Part shown: positions 9,384 to 17,662 of the stretch, in pieces
How the letters are laid out: every line of letters starts with the position of its first letter
Position numbering within the stretch: position 1 is the first letter of the stretch
Source of the DNA: Tortispora ganteri
Taxonomy: Eukaryota
Assembly: GCA_003707115.1 (NCBI GenBank)
Contig: PPNB01000003.1
Location: forward strand, 603,692 to 623,691
Length of the DNA stretch: 20,000 nucleotides
Reading direction: 5' to 3'
The notes under the pieces: model-generated
What the model was told of the DNA's origin: nothing
The model's input: the letters and a program-made list of their open reading frames with translations, nothing else
The model's database searches: none
Made by a program: the position numbers and the translations under genes

Positions 9384-9852
9384 GTGTAGTTCTAGCTGTT
9401 ATTGAGAGCTTAGAAGTTTGTTAGTTCTTTCGATGATCGATCTTGAATATATTATAACTAACAGTTGTACCAGGCACTGGTAGGGAAATGGAATGAGTTT
9501 GAGAGATCATGATTGATCAGTCTTTGACGATTCCATGGTGCCTTATTTTGATTTTGATAGGCCTCAGGAATTTTTTGTCCTGATCCGAATTGTTGCGTTT
9601 TATTCAGCTCGTACAAGATCTCTGAGATGTTAACTCATGTTACTATTACATTCGACTCAGAGCCATCGACGTAATGGGAATATATATAGACCTGTAACCT
9701 GTTCCGAAGAATCGAATTAAACATCACTGGGAGATTCGGCCTAGGCCAATTGCATTTAGGATAAGTTTAACATAGCATATTAGGGCAAATGTATGGTAAT
9801 AGGATATTTCTGGCACATAGTGCAAAGTCAAAAATCAAGCTTCTAATTCTCC

Positions 9853-10005
9853 AAAAAAGGTGGGGTGTGGGGGGGTTTTAATTGATGAATAGCAGGAAGT
9901 GGGGATTAGGTGGGAGATATTTAGGGTAGAGGGCGAAATGCAGCGGGATGGGACAGGTTGCGTCGTCCCTTTTGGGGGTGGGTGGATGGGCTGGACTGGG
10001 CTGGG
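9853..10005 (+). promoter_or_regulatory. G-rich tract upstream of PDB1, with Mig1/CreA-like sites and a G-quadruplex motif
   Basis: AAAAAAGGTGGGG (9853-9865) fits AT-box + SYGGGG. GGGGGTGGGTGGATGGGCTGGACTGGGCTGGG (9974-10005) has five G-runs with loops of 7 nt or less. Confidence 0.4.
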
Positions 10006-10220
10006 ATACCCTAAAAAACGATAACCCCAAGGTAAAAGCTCCTAATCAATCCTTTCGAGAATTTTGCCATACTAATTGACGCAATAGACAATCGCCAATT
10101 GGAATTGAATCAAGCCCAGTGAAATAAGCAATAGCTGGAACTTTTATTTTTTTATTGATTTGTTATAGTCAATATAATTTGTTTTAGCAGGCAAAGAACC
10201 AAGGAAATACACCTGATAAT

Positions 10221-11375
10221 ATGTTGCGCAAGTCTAATGTTGTTAGCCGATTGGCTGCAAGACAACTGTCTCTGCAAACCAGAAGCCGAATACTGATAAA
10301 CAATGTCAGTGATATTAACAAAAATACAATTGGCTCTAGTTATGGCCGCCGAACTGCTTCTTCTGAGGGTGGTGCTATCGAGATGACGGTCAGAGATGCC
10401 TTGAATGCCGCGATGGCCGAAGAAATGGATCGCGACGAAAAAGTCTTCCTTATGGGCGAGGAGGTCGCGCAGTACAACGGTGCTTACAAAGTATCTCGCG
10501 GTTTACTTGATCGTTTTGGTGAAAAAAGAGTTATTGACACTCCTATTACCGAAGCAGGTTTCACTGGCCTGTGTGTTGGTGCTGCACTGGCAGGTCTGGT
10601 GCCTATTTGCGAGTTTATGACTTTCAACTTCGCCATGCAGGCCATCGACCAGATCATCAATTCTGGCGCCAAGACGCTTTACATGTCAGGTGGTACACAA
10701 CCTTGTCCAATTGTTTTCCGCGGTCCTAACGGCGCAGCTGCAGGTGTCGCTGCGCAACATTCTCAGGATTATACCGCTTGGTACGGTGCAATCCCTGGTC
10801 TGAAAGTTGTCTCTCCCTACTCCGCTGAAGATGCCAAGGGATTACTAAAGGCTGCCATTCGTGACCCCAATCCGACAATTTTCCTTGAGAACGAAATCCT
10901 TTACGGAGAATCATTCCCTCTTTCTGTGGAGGCCCAGTCTCCCGATTTCGTCATCCCTCTAGGAAAAGCCAAAATTGAGCGCCCCGGAACTGATTTGACT
11001 ATCGTTACTCACTCTAGAAATACAGAGTTCTCCTTGAAAGCGGCTGAAATTCTTCAAAAGCAGTACAATGTCAGCGCGGAAGTTATTAATCTTCGGACCA
11101 TCAAGCCTATGGATATCCCAGCTATTGTCAAATCTGTTAAGAAGACCAACCGCATCATCTCAGTCGACTCGGGCTACCCGGCTTTTGGTTTTGGCTCTGA
11201 AATCTGTGCACAGATTATGGAGTCCGAGGCTTTTGACTATCTCGATGCGCCAGTCGGTCGTGTTACTGGAGCTGAGGTACCTACACCTTATGCTGTAGAG
11301 CTCGAGGAATTTTCGTTCCCCACACCTGATATCATCGTCAAAGCTGCCAAGACCGCTCTCTACCTTGAGGACTAA
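10221..11375 (+). CDS. PDB1: Pyruvate dehydrogenase E1 beta subunit, mitochondrial
   Basis: [75 protein letters not shown]; Arg/Ser-rich presequence. Confidence 0.98.
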   Translation: MLRKSNVVSRLAARQLSLQTRSRILINNVSDINKNTIGSSYGRRTASSEGGAIEMTVRDALNAAMAEEMDRDEKVFLMGEEVAQYNGAYKVSRGLLDRFGEKRVIDTPITEAGFTGLCVGAALAGLVPICEFMTFNFAMQAIDQIINSGAKTLYMSGGTQPCPIVFRGPNGAAAGVAAQHSQDYTAWYGAIPGLKVVSPYSAEDAKGLLKAAIRDPNPTIFLENEILYGESFPLSVEAQSPDFVIPLGKAKIERPGTDLTIVTHSRNTEFSLKAAEILQKQYNVSAEVINLRTIKPMDIPAIVKSVKKTNRIISVDSGYPAFGFGSEICAQIMESEAFDYLDAPVGRVTGAEVPTPYAVELEEFSFPTPDIIVKAAKTALYLED

Positions 11376-11600
11376 TCATAGATCGAATTAATGATAGCAC
11401 GGAAAGGTCAAATATACTCCGGCTACGAACATTCTGTGCAGTTTTAAATAGCTTCTGGGGGTTGCTTGTCTTTCTTCGCCTAGCAGTCAATATATAAACT
11501 TTAATTTTCATACCTACCACTAATATTTCGCACCTTGTTGTAGTAGCCGTAAACCCCATTAGATCCGTTCAGTTTTACGTAACTTTTTATTTTAGCGGCC

Positions 11601-11942
11601 ATGTCTAGAGCAGTAGCAGCATATAGAAATGTCTGGAGGGCGATAAACATTGCATTCAAAGAAGATCTGGAGCTGATGGCAGGTGCGCGTATGAGACTCA
11701 GGAGCGAATTCGAAGCGAATCGAAACTTGGTCGAAGATAAAGAACAGTTAGATGAAAAGATCCTTCATGCCAATGCTGTTGCCACCCTTTTACGGCAGAA
11801 TCTCGTTCAAGGTGTAGCAAAGGAAGACTCGGAGGACAAGCCTAAGTATGTCTTGAGACTGCACGAAGAAACAGAACTAGGAGATAATGAGACTATTTTT
11901 CAAGGCAAGACCAAAAGAGACACACCAACCAAATTGTCATAG
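11601..11942 (+). CDS. MZM1: LYR-motif protein Mzm1/LYRM7 (Rip1 chaperone for complex III)
   Basis: AYRNVWRA..IAFKED, LLRQNLVQG, LRLHEETELGDNETI signature. Confidence 0.9.
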   Translation: MSRAVAAYRNVWRAINIAFKEDLELMAGARMRLRSEFEANRNLVEDKEQLDEKILHANAVATLLRQNLVQGVAKEDSEDKPKYVLRLHEETELGDNETIFQGKTKRDTPTKLS

Positions 11943-12017
11943 CACATAACAAACCATATAGCATCATCCCGGATAGACCAAAAAGAATAAATAAATTGAG
12001 AATAATAGTGAAGGAAT

Positions 12018-12776
12018 TCAAGGATCCCACGACACTTTTATTATATTGCCTCGGATTTTAAAATTTCCGTTCATTTGCTTGGCTCTAAAAGCAGCATTTT
12101 CTGCGCTCACTCGATCTATGAAATTTACTTCAATAGATGTAATTTGGCTGACATTAATACTCTGCAGCGGCCCGAATTGTGTTAAATAATGCATTATATC
12201 GTTCTGATCAATAGAAGAGTTTGATTTTAGATATAGAGTAGTAGTAGATTTTTTCTTCGGAGGGTCTAGCGGGTCGGGGTGATCTGTAGAGGTTTGCAAT
12301 GGCGCAGGATCAGCTTTATTCTCATCATTATGCACTGAAGCAGTTTTTTTCGATCGATTTGCATTCGCTGATGACAGTAAGCTAGCCACTTGCTGTTCAG
12401 GATTCGAGTACTTCTTATCAGACAGCGGTTGGGATCCTTCAGCGATAGCTCGTTCGGTAGCTAAAGCCTTCCACTGTCTATTCACTACTGGTCCAGAGGT
12501 TGAGCCAGAAGCAGGACCAGCGAGTTTCAATGCAGTGTCTCGTATCGAAATAGGTAAGCCAAATGTGAGGTCAAGCATACATGATTGACAGCAATTTTTT
12601 TGTCGTGCACATGCTTTGCATATCACTGTCCGTCGTTTATGACCATCTATGTTCCAACTATATTGGTTGAAGGGCCTTGTACAGAATTTACATTCACCTC
12701 CATTTATATCTTTATACATCCTTATATATGAGCTCTCACCTAAACAAGGCTCGCATAGCACGGGTATATCATCCAT
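12018..12776 (-). CDS. ECM2: Pre-mRNA splicing factor Ecm2/Slt11 (N-terminal Zn-binding region plus RRM)
   Basis: PVLCEPCLG...YIRM.K...GGECKFCTRPF...CKACARQKNCCQSCMLDLTFGLP..IRD and a C-terminal RRM ending IKVSW. First ATG is at 12776; the ORF-track start is GTG. Confidence 0.9.
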   Translation of the reverse strand: MDDIPVLCEPCLGESSYIRMYKDINGGECKFCTRPFNQYSWNIDGHKRRTVICKACARQKNCCQSCMLDLTFGLPISIRDTALKLAGPASGSTSGPVVNRQWKALATERAIAEGSQPLSDKKYSNPEQQVASLLSSANANRSKKTASVHNDENKADPAPLQTSTDHPDPLDPPKKKSTTTLYLKSNSSIDQNDIMHYLTQFGPLQSINVSQITSIEVNFIDRVSAENAAFRAKQMNGNFKIRGNIIKVSWDP

Positions 12777-12905
12777 TATCGTCGTAAGTTGGGGTTGGTA
12801 GAGATTATTATGGAGAACTCTATTCACAATAAAGTCGTTAAATCATTTTGGACCTGCGGAGCGGCGTTTGATTACTTTTCCAGCGACAATAAGAGGTATT
12901 TGGCC

Positions 12906-12937
12906 TTAATTAATAGATAAATCTATCTATTAATTAA
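12906..12937. repeat. Perfect 14-bp inverted repeat with a 4-nt loop
   Basis: TTAATTAATAGATA-AATC-TATCTATTAATTAA. Confidence 0.85.
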
Positions 12938-13204
12938 ATTTATTTAGAAAGGTCCAACATCTTTATTGTATGACTTCCATGTTGCACATGTTCATATGGG
13001 GTACTGTACCACTTGCAACTAGACTACCCGTTCCTGGTTTCAAGCTGTGCTACCATATCAAAAACTATCTAGAGATGTAGGTTCCGACATCATTTATTGT
13101 TCAAATTTCATCACTTGCACTGTCATTAATTGACTGCCATAAGCTTGATCTGAATTTCATTACTTGGTAATACAGCTTCTCTGATTAAGTTGGGAATTCC
13201 TCTA

Positions 13205-13213
13205 GTCACGTGA
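13205..13213. promoter_or_regulatory. Cbf1-type site upstream of the F-box gene
   Basis: GTCACGTGA, about 65 bp upstream of the ATG at 13276. Confidence 0.5.
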
Positions 13214-13275
13214 TAGGGCAACGCCTCGAAGAACGCGAACTCGATTAACATTGGCAACATAAACAAACAGCAACA

Positions 13276-13971
13276 ATGACAAAAAGCATCGTTGATTTGC
13301 CGCCAGAAATACTTAATATTATATTTAAATACTTATACCAAGACGAAATATTAAAATGCATAAGTCTATCACAAAAAATCCATGATATTTGCTTGAGCAA
13401 CTGGTCTGATGTTCATGTTTATTCATCGGTCTCTAAATTGACCATGAATAGAATAAAGTCATTACACATTCACAATGACGCAGAGATACACTTAACAGAA
13501 AATCAGATCCAATCTATCAACTCCATATCAATACCAGCATATCACATGAAAGACGATTATATATCACACATCGAGTCAAATCTCAGGTACTTAAAGATTA
13601 CAGGATTCTGGCCTAGTTCCTTGCGAGATCATTCTTTCGACTTTAGAAATCTGGATGAACTAGAACTATATGATGCTCCATTAACAGAATTTAATATCTC
13701 ATTTAACTGCCCCAATATCCGCTCAGTCAAAATCCAGTTCTGTTCTGCCAAATGGCTATATTCACAGCTGCAACGTCCCATGCCTGAGTTGCAATCTCTT
13801 TCGATCCATTCTGTGTCCGACCATCTTAAAGTGAATGATGATCTCATTCGGTCCCATTTACCCGCTGATTGTACCTTAACAATAGAAGGTAACTATTTGT
13901 ACGATTCTTCCATAGAATCGGTATATTCATATCTGGACTGGTATACGTCGTTACCGGTGGCTGTTACATAA
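13276..13971 (+). CDS. F-box protein with short LRR-like C-terminal repeats
   Basis: N-terminal SIVDLPPEILNIIFKYL...ILKCISLS F-box; LRYLKI, LDELEL, IRSVKI and LQSLSI are LxxLxL-like repeats; A-rich start context (CAACAATG). Confidence 0.75.
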   Translation: MTKSIVDLPPEILNIIFKYLYQDEILKCISLSQKIHDICLSNWSDVHVYSSVSKLTMNRIKSLHIHNDAEIHLTENQIQSINSISIPAYHMKDDYISHIESNLRYLKITGFWPSSLRDHSFDFRNLDELELYDAPLTEFNISFNCPNIRSVKIQFCSAKWLYSQLQRPMPELQSLSIHSVSDHLKVNDDLIRSHLPADCTLTIEGNYLYDSSIESVYSYLDWYTSLPVAVT

Positions 13972-14785
13972 GTTTCGGCATCTTGACACCTCTGACCAAT
14001 GCAATACGATCGCCATCTCGAACCGGTACATCACTGAGTTTATCTGAGAAGTTCAAAACTTTGCCCTGATCGACATGATAAACTCTGAGCTTTTTCTCAT
14101 CATCTTCTTTCATATTGTTGTAATTCATAATCTGCAGCGATAGAGCTGCTTTATCAAGCATCGCACCGACAACTATGTTCTTATCGAAGTACATATTCTG
14201 TTTCTTAGGAGGATCTACTCCTTCTATTTGTACGTACACACGATCGGTGACATTCACTTTCGAGTCTCCTTTAGCTGTCTTCTTCATTTCGAGAATTTCT
14301 GCTCTCCTAGCGGCACTGGGGTTAGAACTTGCCTTAAATGTATTCCATGCCTTAAATTTACTTAGTGCCGCACTCATTTTAGACTTTTTATTTTCTTCTT
14401 GCACCACTTTGGCCACTTTTCTTTCTGCTGTTGCAACGCATTTATGTGAATGTCTATGCTTCAAGCAATGCACCTTTCTGCATTTCGTACAGAAGGTTCC
14501 TGGAGATTTCGTAGCATCTATTTGTGTTATGCATCCATCTTCTGCACACATTTTATGTGGTGAAGATCCGGTTTTAGGTCGCTGGTTTCCCACTTGATCT
14601 TCCAAAATGGTACTTGTTTTCACATTCACGCTGCATTCATGTGTCTCAGGCCTTCTGTGATCTAAGCAATACTTATTGCCACATCTGGAACATTCAAAGG
14701 GCAAAAAGTCGAGTTTTTGGCACGTCCTCAGCGAACAATGTTCGCCGATATCCAACATTTCTCGCCCATCCACCCTGCTATTCAT
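13964..14785 (-). CDS. CUZ1: Cdc48-associated AN1 zinc-finger/UBL protein Cuz1 (ZFAND1-like)
   Basis: MLDIGEHC...CQKLDFLPFECSRC..KYCLDHR..ETHEC, a second AN1-like finger, AKGD and a C-terminal UBL (VGAMLD..A...DGDRIALVR). First ATG at 14785 gives 273 aa. Confidence 0.9.
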   Translation of the reverse strand: MNSRVDGREMLDIGEHCSLRTCQKLDFLPFECSRCGNKYCLDHRRPETHECSVNVKTSTILEDQVGNQRPKTGSSPHKMCAEDGCITQIDATKSPGTFCTKCRKVHCLKHRHSHKCVATAERKVAKVVQEENKKSKMSAALSKFKAWNTFKASSNPSAARRAEILEMKKTAKGDSKVNVTDRVYVQIEGVDPPKKQNMYFDKNIVVGAMLDKAALSLQIMNYNNMKEDDEKKLRVYHVDQGKVLNFSDKLSDVPVRDGDRIALVRGVKMPKLM

Positions 14786-15005
14786 AACTCTTAGAAAGTG
14801 GTGAACTTTAACTCGCGTTAACGTGGCGTCTTCTTTATAAATGGTAGCACCCAATTTCTCTATTACTAATACAACGGAACATTCTAGAATGTAATATAAA
14901 ATCACTTATATGCAAAAGCTATTCAATCGTAAACCTCATAACAAAACAAAACTTTTGCTGAATCAAATATTTGATTTTAACAAAGTAGCAAAAATAGTGC
15001 GTAGA

Positions 15006-16885
15006 TCATACAGCAAACAATGTAACTTTCTGTGATGTGTAAAGCAGATCTTTTAACGAAGTATCATCAGGTATCGGTCTCAGCACTCCTTCAGTATCTT
15101 TGTATGCCAGTGAAAGGTTTCCAACAGAGAGCTTTTCGGACAATTTGTGTAACAGTTCATTAAGCTTAATGGATCTAGGTATTCGCAGTGCCACTGCCTC
15201 CTGGCCATAAAATACCTTCACTTTAATAACATCTGAGCCACTTCTTACCCCTTCTTGGGTCGTAGTGTAACCATCAGATCCTTTCAAAGGAGCTAGTGGA
15301 GCAACCGGCTTTGAGTATGGGGCAGCAATCGATGCAGTCTTAGGTGACGTTCTGCCAAAAAGCGAGCCTTCTTCATACGACAACTTTGATGCCCAAGACA
15401 CCCGCGATACACCGACAGAGTTTCTAATAGAATTGCTGCCTCCTGCGTTCGTAATATCAATATCTCCCTCCCTTGGTAGAAATAAATTCAGAACAACCTC
15501 TTGTCGGGAAATATAGTGCGGTAAAGCAAGTAACTCCTGCACATATTGATCCAAAACTTCTTTTCTCGCAGCAGTGATTTTATCTGTGACGTTAGTTACA
15601 GGCCCTGGTATGTATGGCAGAATGCGTTTAGACATAGACCGGCCTGCTTCTTTAGGGAAATCATGAATCAAGCGAACTTGAACATCAAAGAAATCTTCGT
15701 ATGAACGGTATAGTTCTTTCACATCACCACGAGAACCTTGACATCGAATAATGAATAAGAATCTCCTAGATCGCTCATCAAAAATATACGACACAACAGA
15801 TGCAGCGGTGACAACATCATTCAGGTTACTACCACCATGATTTAAGGAATTAGATGCGAGTAATTGTGCATCATTGGGCGCTTGACTCATCATTAAACGA
15901 GTCTGTTGATCAGAAAGTTGCGGGTGTTGCTGCATAATCTGCTGCTGTTGTTGGTGATGATAATGCTGTATTTGCGACGTTCTATCAACTGGCAGTCCAG
16001 AGCCCTGATACACCGGTTCATGCCCATTCGAGCCAGGAATTTCAAGTTGTCCCAGGGTAATGCTTTTAGATTGATATTCATGATTGTGCTTTTTCCATTC
16101 TTCGACTTTGGGAAGCTGTACTTTCTTTATAGCTTCTTCTAGGTTTTCCACTTCTTGACCAGTCTCTAAATCACGTATAGAGACATAGGAGACGGGCAAA
16201 AGACCGGGACCTCCTAGACGACCTATCGGTTTTGCGACAAACCACTCGTTATTCGTCTGTGCCACTATGATGACATGATCGCCTTCTTGGGCATCGAGCT
16301 CGTCTTGCTGTTCTGCGACGAAATCGTAAAGCACTATTCCAAAAAGGGAGCCGAATTTTGAGACAGAGACAGGTCTTGTGTTATTATTGGAGTTTGATTC
16401 AGAAAAACCAGAGTCTTTTTTGACGGAACTGGTACTATTAGAAATGCGATTCGCGGTAAGATTAGAATTAATACCGGCGGAGCTCGTATGTGTGCGATCT
16501 AACGTTTCGAAAAGTTCCACGGGGACCCTACCATGTACATTAGTTGAAGGATTGTAGGCATCATACCATCGTCCATCTGCGGAATCATTTGTTACGTAGA
16601 AGAAATCACCTTTATGGAAACTTAACTCGTCAGCTGTCTGACCTTGATAACTGTATAGTGCCTTGATAGCTTTTGCAGGGGCTTGGATCGATTCAGGTTG
16701 TTTCTCTGGCACAGTTGCCTTAACGGAAAACTTGTAGTCGCCGCTTCTTTTGCGGAATCCCTTAAATCTAGTTAGTGGCCGGCGTGATTTATAAGTCCAG
16801 GGGGAGGTAGGTTTGGAGAGATTAAGAAACAAGCTTCGCAATATGTCACAAACCCACTACCTCTCAGTCTGCTTACCTTTAGCAT
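15006..16885 (-). CDS. BEM1: Polarity scaffold Bem1 (SH3-SH3-PX-PB1); two exons, 16885-16877 and 16760-15006, ~587 aa
   Basis: ALYSY...DELSFHKGDFFYV (SH3), LYDFVAEQQDELD...WFVAKPIGRLGGPGLLPVSYV (SH3), LYRSYEDFFD.Q...LPYIPGP (PX), IKVKVFY...YKD (PB1). Exon 1 ATG CTA AAG is followed by GTAAGC; spliced N-terminus MLKGFRKRS. Confidence 0.92.
16761..16876 (-). other. Spliceosomal intron of BEM1 (116 nt)
   Basis: 5' site GTAAGC (16876-16871), branch CACTAAC (16777-16771), and an AAG acceptor (16763-16761) that restores the frame. The large ORF has no ATG near its 5' end. Confidence 0.8.
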
Positions 16886-17662
16886 TGCTTATTTTTTTTT
16901 TGAAATGTATGCACCGAACAGTGTATAATTAGCGGTTTGGCGCAGAAATGGAAGAATTATCAGGGAAAGAAGAGATAAGTAAATGGGTAAGGTGGTTATT
17001 TTTGGTGAAGGTGGGAGGTTACATGAATCTAGGGGGGGGAGGGGGCGCAAGAGAAGGGGCGGTGGGAGAGAGGCGTATAGCTGCCGAACAAGGACCCCTA
17101 CTGGTCAAGGGAATTTCATTGTCATTCAGTTAATGATGTTTTATCACTGATTAAAGAGTACACAAATTTTATGCAATTAGGTCAAATACATAAGTATATA
17201 TTAATTAGACGCAATATTGGCTCATTAACGGAGGGACATACTTTTTTCATTATATTTAATACACATTAGTTTCCACCGGTGTTACGCTTTAAAGTTAAAG
17301 TTTGACATAACTTAATTGATCCTTACGATATCATCGTCTCACATAAGCACCACCAATAATTCTTAGATACACGAAAGGGTTCACGATAAAGGGTTCAAAA
17401 CTAATAATATAGATACCCTTGCACTTATTTCTGTTATTTACAGTCAGATATATAAGCGCACTCTCGCTCTTATTCTCAAATATTCTAACTTATCCTTACA
17501 TCTTCACACATTCGAAACATACCTGAATCGCTCTAATTTGCACGCTAGGACATAGGCAGCGAAGAACAAGGACATAACAAGGACATTATAACCTCAAATT
17601 AGCACAAAAAGACCAGCAAACTTTTGGAATACTTGTTAAAACTTACCCGAGATAATCCCGCC

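Noticed and set aside
8300..9800. Telomerase RNA or snoRNA cluster in the ICE2-PDB1 gap
   Set aside because: I could not identify a template repeat, a convincing Sm site with terminal stem, or paired C/D boxes with rRNA complementarity.
10221..11375. Alternative CUG decoding (Ser or Ala clades)
   Set aside because: CTG occurs at conserved Leu positions (ALAGL, PGLKV), supporting the standard code.
12900..13215. Point centromere (CDEI GTCACGTG plus AT-rich DNA)
   Set aside because: No >90% AT CDEII of suitable length beside the motif and no CDEIII. The same motif recurs at 6200, which fits a promoter Cbf1 site.
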